Shown here: piece after piece, positions 10,082 to 18,355 of the stretch
How positions within the stretch are numbered: the first letter of the stretch is position 1
How the letters are laid out: every line of letters begins with the position of its first letter
Source of the DNA: Candidatus Latescibacterota bacterium
GTDB taxonomy: Bacteria > Latescibacterota > UBA2968
Direction: 5' to 3'
DNA length: 64,000 bases
Assembly (NCBI GenBank): GCA_965207885.1
Contig: OZ242311.1
Location: forward strand, 5,760,001-5,824,000
Notes under the pieces: generated by a model
What the model was told of the DNA's origin: nothing
Database searches by the model: none
Seen by the model: the letters and a program-made list of their open reading frames with translations, nothing else
Translations under genes and position numbers: made by a program

Positions 10082-11818
10082 ATGAAAGAAATACATATCC
10101 ATTCATATACAAAAAAAGGAGAGTGTCTGCTTGAGAGAGCAAAACAGGTTCTCCAAGATGCACCTGTCGATAAGGTACGGAACTTTGCACAACGGGTTCC
10201 AAGAGGAATGGCAACTTCTGAAGAAGCCGTTCAGGTAGTCTTTGCCGGTCAATACAGTGCAGGTAAGTCTTCAATTCTCAAGGCAATGACGGGACAAGAA
10301 GATATCGAGATAGGAGCTGGGATTACGACTCGACGGACACAACAGTTTGACTGGAATGGAATCAGAGTAGTGGATACGCCGGGTGTCCATACGGAGTTAC
10401 GACCCGACCATGACAAAATAACGTACGGGGCAATCAGTAAAGCCGACCTCCTGATCTTTGTTATTACCAATGAATTATTTGACTCCCATATAGCAACACA
10501 TTTTAGAAAACTTGCAATTGATCGGGATAAAGCCCATGAAATGCTGTTGGTTGTGAACAAGATGCAGCGATGTGACAAGGGAAATACATCAGCGGCTCAG
10601 GATGTAATTCGGGAAGACCTTCGAAAAGATCTATTGCCCTTCTCTCCAGAACAACTTCGTATATCTTTCTTGGATGCTGAAGACGCTCTCAAGATCCGCA
10701 CAGAGCAGGACGAAGAATACCGCAGAATCTACCATAAAAGAAGTGGTTTTGATGCCTTCATCGATAATTTCAATGCGTTTATTAAAGAAAAGGAATTAAT
10801 CGCACGTTATACAACACCGCTCTACACCCTCGAACAAGTACTACAAGAGGCCCTCGCAGTCGAGCCGAGCGATGACCCTGATGTGGATGCCCTACAAGAG
10901 TTATTAATTCAGCAAAGACGCGCATTATTGGATAGTAAAGCACAGATTTCTCAATCAGTAAAAAATAAAGTCCAACAGACAACAAACAAGATTCGGGAGG
11001 AAGGTCGCAATGTTGCTGATCTGATTCGTGGAAATTCGGACTTTGAGAAAGTTGATCGGGAATTAACGGCTGCCCAAGAGCGCGTTCAAGAATATGTGGA
11101 TTCATTGACGGAACTCGTTCAAGAAACAGTTGAAGAGCATATTAGCGATCTCGCTGAGCGGATAGAGCAAATCGCGGAGAGCGAACTCGCCAAAGAGTTA
11201 CTATCGAGGCTTATAGAAAGACTCCAAGGTCTCAATGTTGATCCAGAGACTCTATCTAAGGTAAAAAAGGGCGCAGATTTCGCCAGCCGATTTGGGAAAT
11301 TCCTCGTTAAGAACTCGTTTAATCCTACGACCTCGACATTTTCCGGATTGTTCAAACTCCACCAGTATTCGGGTACAGCAATGCACGGCATGGTCAAAAA
11401 TATAGGACATTTCTTAGGAAAGTCCTTTAAGCCTTGGGAAGCAGTAAAATGGACGCGTACAATCGCAAATGCTGGTCGAGTTTTGAGCGTAGTAGGCACT
11501 GTTCTAACCATTGTGTTTCAAATTAAAGAAGACGCCGATGCTGCTAATTTAGAACAGGAATTGCGCGAAAGCCGAACTGCTGTAAGGGCGGGATTTAGTG
11601 AGGCCGCCAGTGCAATTGAACTCCATTTTGATGAAGCAACCAACACTTATGTAGCCAAAACCATTGGTCAGCGTCTCGAAGAGGTAGATAAGCAACTTGA
11701 GGAACTCAGAGATATGAAGCAATCTCGTAGCGATCTCTTTCAACAACTCAATGGCCTATTAGAAGATACGAAGGAGCTTATCTCGGAAATGCATGTGTCG
11801 TATAACCCCCATGAATGA
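10082..11818 (+). CDS. leoA: Dynamin-like GTPase, LeoA-like (Eleos defence system)
   Basis: FAGQYSAGKSS, GITT, VDTPG, VVNKM G-motifs, FKPWEAVK motif, coiled-coil C-terminus; 578 aa. Confidence 0.75.
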   Translation: MKEIHIHSYTKKGECLLERAKQVLQDAPVDKVRNFAQRVPRGMATSEEAVQVVFAGQYSAGKSSILKAMTGQEDIEIGAGITTRRTQQFDWNGIRVVDTPGVHTELRPDHDKITYGAISKADLLIFVITNELFDSHIATHFRKLAIDRDKAHEMLLVVNKMQRCDKGNTSAAQDVIREDLRKDLLPFSPEQLRISFLDAEDALKIRTEQDEEYRRIYHKRSGFDAFIDNFNAFIKEKELIARYTTPLYTLEQVLQEALAVEPSDDPDVDALQELLIQQRRALLDSKAQISQSVKNKVQQTTNKIREEGRNVADLIRGNSDFEKVDRELTAAQERVQEYVDSLTELVQETVEEHISDLAERIEQIAESELAKELLSRLIERLQGLNVDPETLSKVKKGADFASRFGKFLVKNSFNPTTSTFSGLFKLHQYSGTAMHGMVKNIGHFLGKSFKPWEAVKWTRTIANAGRVLSVVGTVLTIVFQIKEDADAANLEQELRESRTAVRAGFSEAASAIELHFDEATNTYVAKTIGQRLEEVDKQLEELRDMKQSRSDLFQQLNGLLEDTKELISEMHVSYNPHE

Positions 11819-11834
11819 CTTGAGATTGTCTTAA

Positions 11835-12172
11835 GTCAAGAAAGGATTACCCGACTACTGGGGTATTGAAACTCATCACCGAGACGTTCTTTGGTTGAAT
11901 ACTTCCCTTCGAATCAGGAAAGATTACCCGACTACTGGGGTATTGAAACGTATCTGTCACCATTACGATATAGTTGTTTCCATCGGCAATCAGGAAGGAT
12001 TACCCGCTTACTGGGGTATTGAAACCAGACCTCAGCAGCTTCGTTTGCATCAACGACGATTATCAGGAAGGATTATCCGACTACTGGGGTATTGAAACAT
12101 GTCCGCCTCGCAGAAGTTCATCTCGTTCATCTTCCGAAGATCAGGAAGAAATTACCCGACTACTGGGGTATT
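11835..12172 (+). CRISPR. CRISPR array segment 3: 5 variant repeats (first 5'-degenerate, last lacking GAAAC), 4 spacers
   Basis: Repeats at ~11835, 11913, 11989, 12062, 12140, mostly of form ATCAGGAAGGATTACCCGACTACTGGGGTATTGAAAC. Confidence 0.95.
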
Positions 12173-12291
12173 TACCATTTTTAGGGTTGTGCTTGTAGTG
12201 TAGCCTCAGATTCTCTATCTTTTGAATAGATCTTAATACAGAATACAGAGGATGTGCGTCCAACCACGATATGCTATGGGAGGAGATGCCA

Positions 12292-12555
12292 ATGAACCAG
12301 CTAACATTAAGCGGATTTGACAAAGAATTGACCGATAGAATCCGGCATTTCGCAAACCAGGAGGGTATTTCGCTAAATCAAGCCGCGTTGAGACTTCTGC
12401 GCGTTGGGGCCGGTCTCAAGCAATCAAAGGATAGCGGCGACACCGTTGGATCTTCCCTGGACCATCTAATTGGAACCTGGACGGTCGAGGAAGCTGAGGT
12501 ATTGAATAATGCCGTAAAAGAATTGGAACAAATTGACGAGTCTATGTGGAAATGA
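12292..12555 (+). CDS. Antitoxin (ribbon-helix-helix, FitA/VapB-like)
   Basis: MNQLTLSGFDKEL...GISLNQAALRLL, DHLIGTWT; ATGA overlap with the PIN toxin. Confidence 0.8.
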   Translation: MNQLTLSGFDKELTDRIRHFANQEGISLNQAALRLLRVGAGLKQSKDSGDTVGSSLDHLIGTWTVEEAEVLNNAVKELEQIDESMWK

Positions 12556-12950
12556 AAATTCTCCTTGACACCAATGCGTATTCACATCTGAAGCGAGGGC
12601 ATCGCAGGGTTGCGGCGTTAGTACGCATGTCCGAGGAAATTTTCCTGTCAGCTATTATCATTGGCGAATTGCTCTACGGCTTTCGGCAAGGCTCGCGCAT
12701 TGACCGGAATATTGAGGAACTTAAAGCCTTCCTCAACAACCCCTATGTCACATTTGTACCTATAAGTTTCGCAACAGCCGAACATTACGCGCAGATTGCA
12801 ATGTCGTTGAGAACCAAGGGGCGTCCCATCCCGTCAAACGACATTTGGATCGCTGCTCAAGCAATGGAGACAGGTGCCAATCTCGTTTCGTCTGATCAGC
12901 ATTTTTCAGAAATTGATGGTCTCGCGTGGACATACGTCTCGACTGAATAA
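12552..12950 (+). CDS. vapC: VapC PIN-domain toxin
   Basis: ILLDTNAY, GELLYG, IPSNDIWIAAQA, LVSSDQHF. Confidence 0.93.
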   Translation: MKILLDTNAYSHLKRGHRRVAALVRMSEEIFLSAIIIGELLYGFRQGSRIDRNIEELKAFLNNPYVTFVPISFATAEHYAQIAMSLRTKGRPIPSNDIWIAAQAMETGANLVSSDQHFSEIDGLAWTYVSTE

Positions 12951-12978
12951 CATTTTCCTTTTCTAACAAAAATGAATC

Positions 12979-13233
12979 ATGACAAAGCCAAAACTATATG
13001 AAGAAGTGGCAATAGCGCGCAACATACCGGAAGAAAATCTAAAACAGGGTGATGTTGCTGTCGTGGTCGAATATGTACCGCATCCTACGGGTGGAGAAGA
13101 AGGAGCAATTTTAGAGATTTTTAATGCCATTGGCGAATCCGTCGCTGTGGTCACAGTGCCTATCTCTGCGATTAAATCGCTACATGCTGATCAAGTACTG
13201 ATGGTGCGTGAGAGAACGCCTGCAAAATTTTAG
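12979..13233 (+). CDS. DUF4926-like small protein
   Basis: LYEEVAIARNIPEENLKQGDVAVVVE...LEIFNAIGESVAVVTVP pattern. Confidence 0.75.
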   Translation: MTKPKLYEEVAIARNIPEENLKQGDVAVVVEYVPHPTGGEEGAILEIFNAIGESVAVVTVPISAIKSLHADQVLMVRERTPAKF

Positions 13234-13349
13234 ATCAGGAAGGATTACCCGACTACTGGGGTATTGAAACCTTTCGCTTGACTAATAATAATATAATATA
13301 AAACCCTTCCGAATCAGGAAGGATTACCCGACTACTGGGGTATTGAAAC
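13234..13349 (+). CRISPR. CRISPR array segment 4: two variant repeats, one AT-rich spacer
   Basis: ATCAGGAAGGATTACCCGACTACTGGGGTATTGAAAC at 13234 and 13313. Confidence 0.93.
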
Positions 13350-13360
13350 TGTGCCTGGAT

Positions 13361-13394
13361 GTGCATTTTTGCACGGATGCGTGCATTTCTGCAC
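13361..13394. promoter_or_regulatory. Tandem GTGCA-N4-TGCAC palindromes, putative sigma54 enhancer (UAS)
   Basis: GTGCATTTTTGCAC (13361) and GTGCATTTCTGCAC (13381), 20 bp apart, ~110-140 bp upstream of a -24/-12 element. Confidence 0.6.
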
Positions 13395-13499
13395 GCCTGT
13401 TTTCCTCTGGTGAACGCCTATTTGAGATCTTTTTGCAAAAAAAACCTCGAAAAAGGAACAAAAAAAGAAAATCCTCATTTTTTTGAGGATTTTTTTCTT

Positions 13500-13515
13500 T
13501 GGCACGCTTTTTGCA
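13500..13515 (+). promoter_or_regulatory. Sigma54 (-24/-12) promoter upstream of CAPP-cas1-cas2
   Basis: TGGCACGCTTTTTGCA matches TGGCAC-N5-TTGCW. Confidence 0.75.
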
Positions 13516-13531
13516 TATAAATAGGGCGTTC

Positions 13532-13569
13532 GTCAGGAAGGATTACCCGATTTATTGGGATCGTGAAAT
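13532..13569 (+). repeat. Orphan degenerate CRISPR repeat
   Basis: GTCAGGAAGGATTACCCGATTTATTGGGATCGTGAAAT resembles the variant repeat. Confidence 0.8.
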
Positions 13570-13577
13570 CTTTTTTC

Positions 13578-13606
13578 TTGACAAGTGAACATTTGAGCAC
13601 TACTTT
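13578..13606 (+). promoter_or_regulatory. Possible sigma70 promoter for the adaptation module
   Basis: TTGACA-17 bp-TACTTT. Confidence 0.45.
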
Positions 13607-13701
13607 TTGGTTGAAATTAAACCGCCAAAAAGAGTAACATAAGCCACAGGTGTCCCCCACATGTGGTTATATTTTTCTCTAAAAAAGAAAGGAATCTCCC
13701 C

Positions 13702-15630
13702 ATGACAACCCCTGCCATTGAACAGTCGTCTCCCACATCTCTGGTAGATACCCTCTGCGAAAAAGCACAGGTGCTATTAGAACAAAACAATATAGATGGC
13801 GTGGAGACATTGGCTTCGGAAGCCTGTGCGCGCGATCCGGCGTGCAATCGCGCACATCAATTGATGCTCCGCGTAGCCCTCATCCGAGACGAACAGGACA
13901 AAGCACAAACATTGCTCAATCGGTGGCGCGATTTGCCGGTAGATGATGCATTTGGTGAATGGGGTGTACTCGCAGAAGAAATGAACGACATACAGTCAGC
14001 CGTTGAAATCTATCAGGCGCACCTATCTCAGTGCCCTGACGATGCCAAATCCCTATTTGGACTGGCAATGCTACACGCAGACCGCAATGAAACGGGCCTC
14101 GCGCAATCGCGCTTGCAAACCCTCATCCAGCACCATGCAGACCATATAGAGGGCATCTTTGAACTCGCCCGCCTGTACGAAGAAGACGGCATGATGGGCC
14201 TCGCCCAAGAACTCTACGCACGGGTGCTCGAACTCGATCCGGACCATGCGGGCGCACTTGCGGGTAAACAACTCGTCGGCGCACAATTGCAAACATCCCA
14301 AACCTTACCAGATGCAACCATCAAAAATCACCCCGATAGTGCCGCCCTGATCCTCAGGCTATTTGCCGCGCGAAAAGACGTGTACGCACGCCAATGGATC
14401 GATGAAGACGGAAAAACCGGCTATGTCCCCGTGCGCGAACCCCTCACAGAAGACGCGATCCAATCCCACCTCCAGGGAGATACAACTGTAGGCGTCTATC
14501 CAATTTTTGACCGGGACAAAGCACAATTTTTGGCCCTGGATATCGACATAAAAAAAGAAGCCCTCAACACAGCGCAGCAAAACAACACCTTAATGGATGC
14601 GTTGCGCGAACAAGTATGCAAAGACATCCGGCGGGTCTGCGCGGGCTTCGCCTCCCTCAACCTCCCTGTTCACATCGAAGACAGCGGAAACAAAGGCGCG
14701 CATATATGGCTCTTCTTTGAAAAACCCATCCGCGCCTGCGACCTCCGCGCATTTGGTCGTGCTTTTGTAAAGCGATTTGGCCCAGCATCAGAAGATTTGC
14801 AGTGGGAGTGGTTTCCCAAACAAGACGCCGTTGGGGAAGATGAACTGGGCAACCTGATCAAACTACCACTCGGCATCCACCGCAAAACAGGACGACGCGC
14901 GTTATTTATCGACACAGAAGGACACGCGCTCGCAGATCAAGATCGGGTATTGTGTGACATCAAACCCATAAACACACAGGCTTATGACCATGCGGTCTCC
15001 CGCTTGGGCGGAGGAGAGACCCACACGCCCCTGAAACAAGTTGATCTGAAAAAAGCATTTCCAGAATTTCAACCCCTTATGCAAGGCTGTGCAGTCATTC
15101 GCGCACTCACAGAAAAAGCCTTTGCAACCGCCCATCTGGTACACATCGAACGCCATGTTTTGAAATGCGTATTCGGGCATCTCGACGACAAGGGACGCGC
15201 CTTCTTACACGCGGTAATTGGCGCGTGTGCAGATTACAAAGCCGAAGTAACCGATTATCAGATCGAACGCCTGCACCCGCATCCCATTGGCTGTCCGAAA
15301 ATCCGCAAACACCTGCCCGACCTCATTGAAACCGTCCCCTGCAACTGCGAATTTGACCTGCCAGAAGGCGGGTATCCCTCTCCCTTGCTACATATCGACC
15401 CGGCATTTACCGCTGGCATGGGACGTGTGGATCAACCGCAAAACCGCGAAATCGTAGATCGCTACATCACACTGCGCCAGCAAGCCGCACAGGTAATGGC
15501 CGACCTATCGCGTACAGAAGATGAAATGCGCGACATATTGCGCGACCGCAAAGGCAAAATCTCCACAGGCGTCTGGGTAGTCACAGCGGATGACGCGGGA
15601 CGATTGCAAATAGGCATTGAGGCGGTGTAA
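13702..15630 (+). CDS. CRISPR-associated primase-polymerase (CAPP): TPR + AEP + Cys-rich C-terminal domain
   Basis: TPR repeats; ALDIDI, EDSGNKGAHIWLFF, FPKQD, GNLIKLPLG AEP motifs; C-terminal Cys cluster; directly upstream of cas1-cas2; start inferred from RBS. Confidence 0.88.
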   Translation: MTTPAIEQSSPTSLVDTLCEKAQVLLEQNNIDGVETLASEACARDPACNRAHQLMLRVALIRDEQDKAQTLLNRWRDLPVDDAFGEWGVLAEEMNDIQSAVEIYQAHLSQCPDDAKSLFGLAMLHADRNETGLAQSRLQTLIQHHADHIEGIFELARLYEEDGMMGLAQELYARVLELDPDHAGALAGKQLVGAQLQTSQTLPDATIKNHPDSAALILRLFAARKDVYARQWIDEDGKTGYVPVREPLTEDAIQSHLQGDTTVGVYPIFDRDKAQFLALDIDIKKEALNTAQQNNTLMDALREQVCKDIRRVCAGFASLNLPVHIEDSGNKGAHIWLFFEKPIRACDLRAFGRAFVKRFGPASEDLQWEWFPKQDAVGEDELGNLIKLPLGIHRKTGRRALFIDTEGHALADQDRVLCDIKPINTQAYDHAVSRLGGGETHTPLKQVDLKKAFPEFQPLMQGCAVIRALTEKAFATAHLVHIERHVLKCVFGHLDDKGRAFLHAVIGACADYKAEVTDYQIERLHPHPIGCPKIRKHLPDLIETVPCNCEFDLPEGGYPSPLLHIDPAFTAGMGRVDQPQNREIVDRYITLRQQAAQVMADLSRTEDEMRDILRDRKGKISTGVWVVTADDAGRLQIGIEAV

Positions 15631-15631
15631 T

Positions 15632-16633
15632 GTGTCCGTACTCTACGTCACAGAAACCGGTGCTCAGGTACGACGCGAAGGCGAGCGATTGACCGTGTGG
15701 AAAGGCAAGAAAAAACTCCACACATCATCTGCGTATGATCTGCACCAGGTGGTCATATTTGGCAACATCGGAATAACACCTGCTGCCATGCACACCGCGC
15801 TGATGCAGGGCATTGACCTCGTACTTCTCAGCACCACGGGCAGTTATCGCGGGCGACTGGTGGGACCACAGGGCCGCAACATCATTCTGCGACAAATGCA
15901 ATATCGCCGCTACGAAGACGAAGATTTTCGATTGGGTGCTGCGCGGGGATTTGTATCGGGAAAAATCCGCAACATGCGTACCCTCATAATGCGCCTTGCT
16001 CGACGTCGAAACCGGGACATTGCCCACACCGCACAGCGACTGCGCGCACTCTTAAAACAGGTCGATCGCATAGACAATGCCGATGCGCTACGCGGAATCG
16101 AAGGCGCGGCAACCGCGACTTACTTCGGTGCGCTGGGTCAATTTTTGCCCTCTGCATTTCCCTTTGTCAAACGCACGCGACGCCCGCCCAAAGACGCGGT
16201 CAACTCCATGTTGAGCTTTGGCTATACGCTACTGTCTTCGGACCTGGAATCGGCTGTCTTGCGCGTGGGATTAGATCCCTATATCGGTTATCTGCATCTC
16301 GTGGATTACGGACGTCCCTCGCTCGCCCTGGACATGATGGAAGAATTTCGCCCGATAATTGTAGATGCAATGGTACTGGACCTGCTGAATCACGGACAAA
16401 TCAAAAAAGAGGACTTTGAACAACGCGACGGAGGCGTATTTCTGTGTGGCGATGGACGAATGCAGTTAATTCGCGCCTATCAGGATCGCGTCGCAACTGA
16501 AGTTCAATATGTACAACCCAGTGGACAGGTACAAAAAGTGCCGTATCGCCAGTGTTTTGAATTGCAAGCCCGCCGTCTCATTCGCCTGTTACGCGGTGAA
16601 GACGCGGCATATCTGCCGTTTTTAATTCGATAA
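15632..16633 (+). CDS. cas1: CRISPR-associated endonuclease Cas1
   Basis: LRGIEGAATATYF, RRPPKDAVNSMLSFGY, GYLH, SLALDMMEEFRP. Confidence 0.97.
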   Translation: MSVLYVTETGAQVRREGERLTVWKGKKKLHTSSAYDLHQVVIFGNIGITPAAMHTALMQGIDLVLLSTTGSYRGRLVGPQGRNIILRQMQYRRYEDEDFRLGAARGFVSGKIRNMRTLIMRLARRRNRDIAHTAQRLRALLKQVDRIDNADALRGIEGAATATYFGALGQFLPSAFPFVKRTRRPPKDAVNSMLSFGYTLLSSDLESAVLRVGLDPYIGYLHLVDYGRPSLALDMMEEFRPIIVDAMVLDLLNHGQIKKEDFEQRDGGVFLCGDGRMQLIRAYQDRVATEVQYVQPSGQVQKVPYRQCFELQARRLIRLLRGEDAAYLPFLIR

Positions 16634-16650
16634 ATGTAGAGACCAATACA

Positions 16651-16932
16651 ATGCTCGTGGTCGTAGCCTACGACATAGCGGACAAAAGCCGATTGCGGCG
16701 GGTGATGAAACTCATGGAAAACTACGGATCGCGCCGACAGAAAAGCGTTTTTGAATGCAATCTGAATGAGCGTCGGTTTCTCGCATTGAGGTCCAAAATG
16801 TCGGAATTGATTGACCCGGAAGACGATCGCATCTGTTATTATCATCTATGTGCCGCATGCGAAAAGCGGGTTGAAGGCATATCCGAGCGCGAACATCCCA
16901 TCCCAAAACGCGAAGATTATGTGATTGTGTGA
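16651..16932 (+). CDS. cas2: CRISPR-associated protein Cas2
   Basis: VVVAYDIAD, YGSRRQKSVFEC, DRICYYHLC. Confidence 0.97.
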   Translation: MLVVVAYDIADKSRLRRVMKLMENYGSRRQKSVFECNLNERRFLALRSKMSELIDPEDDRICYYHLCAACEKRVEGISEREHPIPKREDYVIV

Positions 16933-17040
16933 TTAGAGACCTGACAACCTGCAAGATGGAGATAGGTTGACGACAGGCAAAAAAATGGCTTTCTTCCACG
17001 CGAAACCGCGCCTCCTGTGGAATTGAGCCAGAATTTACAA

Positions 17041-17072
17041 CCCCGTTGATGGAGCGCATCAACGGGGGTTTT
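17041..17072 (+). terminator. Rho-independent terminator after cas2
   Basis: CCCCGTTGAT-loop-ATCAACGGGG followed by a T run. Confidence 0.65.
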
Positions 17073-17085
17073 TGTGAGAAAGTAC

Positions 17086-18201
17086 ATGAAACCTGTCGTC
17101 GCGCACAGTGCCAACCCTTTTTTACCAGCCACAGCCACCTGGATATACGATCAAATTCGCGCACTGAAACGGTATCGCCCCATCGTCCTCACACAAACGC
17201 GCCAGAACCTGGATCGTTTTCCCCTGAAACCCGTTCTATCCACCGAAGATATCTCGCCCATTCGCAGAACAACCCTCCGCCTCACTCGCAAAATGCGCGG
17301 CACGTACGCCGGCTATGGAAACTGGCTCCGCGAACACAACGCCGCCCTCCTTCACGCGCATTTTGGACAAGAGGGATACCGATGTCTCTCCGCAAAACAA
17401 CGAGCGGGCATCCCCCTCATCACCACCTTTTACGGCCTGGACGTATCGGCACTGCCCCGTCAAAAAAAATGGCAAAAACGGTACAAACGACTCTTTGCCG
17501 AAGGCGATCTCTTCCTCGTCGAAGGCCCCTTCATGGGCGAACAACTCATCGCACTGGGATGCGCTGCCAACCGGGTAATCGTACAACACCTGGGCGTAGA
17601 TCTCAAAAAAATCCCCTTCAGAACAGACCACACACCCAAACAACCCATCGTATTGACCTATGCTGTATTCCGAGAAAAAAAAGGATTGAAATACGCAATC
17701 CAGGCATTTGCGAAAATAGCAGAAAAATACCCAGACGCCCAACTGCGGATGATCGGCGACGGGCCTTTGCGCCCACACCTACAAGCCGAAATACGAAATC
17801 TACACCTTGAAAACCGCGTAAAAATGCTCGGCCTGCTCCCCCATCCTCTCGCACTCGAAGAACTAAAACGCGCAACAATCCTCCTCTATCCCAGCGTCAC
17901 AGCATCAGATGGCGACACCGAAGGTGGTGCCCCCGTCGCGCTAATCGAAGCAATGGCAATGGGCGTCCCCATCGTATCGTCTCAACACGCCGACATCCCC
18001 GAAGTCGTCATCGACAAAACCTGTGGCCTATTATTCCCCGAACGAGATATCGCGGGCCTCGCTGAAGGATTGGATACCCTCCTCAGCTCCCCCGAACAAT
18101 TTGGCCGCGCTGGCCGCACCCATGTCGAAAATCAACACAACCTTCAAAAACAAGCCGAAAAATTAGAGGTGATTTATGATCGGGTTACAGGAATAAAATA
18201 G
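17086..18201 (+). CDS. Glycosyltransferase family 4 (WcaL-like)
   Basis: LLHAHFG, EKKG, DGDTEGGAPVALIEAMAMG. Confidence 0.9.
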   Translation: MKPVVAHSANPFLPATATWIYDQIRALKRYRPIVLTQTRQNLDRFPLKPVLSTEDISPIRRTTLRLTRKMRGTYAGYGNWLREHNAALLHAHFGQEGYRCLSAKQRAGIPLITTFYGLDVSALPRQKKWQKRYKRLFAEGDLFLVEGPFMGEQLIALGCAANRVIVQHLGVDLKKIPFRTDHTPKQPIVLTYAVFREKKGLKYAIQAFAKIAEKYPDAQLRMIGDGPLRPHLQAEIRNLHLENRVKMLGLLPHPLALEELKRATILLYPSVTASDGDTEGGAPVALIEAMAMGVPIVSSQHADIPEVVIDKTCGLLFPERDIAGLAEGLDTLLSSPEQFGRAGRTHVENQHNLQKQAEKLEVIYDRVTGIK

Positions 18202-18204
18202 GAC

Positions 18205-18233
18205 GTAGGAGCGGGTTTGAAACCCGCTCCTAC
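18205..18233. repeat. GTAG-type REP-like palindrome / terminator
   Basis: GTAGGAGCGGGTTTGAAACCCGCTCCTAC perfect inverted repeat. Confidence 0.65.
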
Positions 18234-18355
18234 AATGGATAACTAACCACTGACCGCAATAAAGGATAACCTGCACCAATGGTTATTCTTGACATCCGCG
18301 ACTATTGGCGCAATTTATGGCAGTGTGTTCCCGCGAATTCAAACTGGAGACAGAA

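Noticed and set aside
7539-11850. GATTACC at both ends of the dynamin block as a transposon target duplication
   Set aside because: Both copies are parts of repeat remnants, and no terminal inverted repeats or transposase were found
2642-13349. Self-targeting spacers matching genes in the window
   Set aside because: None spotted by eye; an alignment would be needed to exclude them
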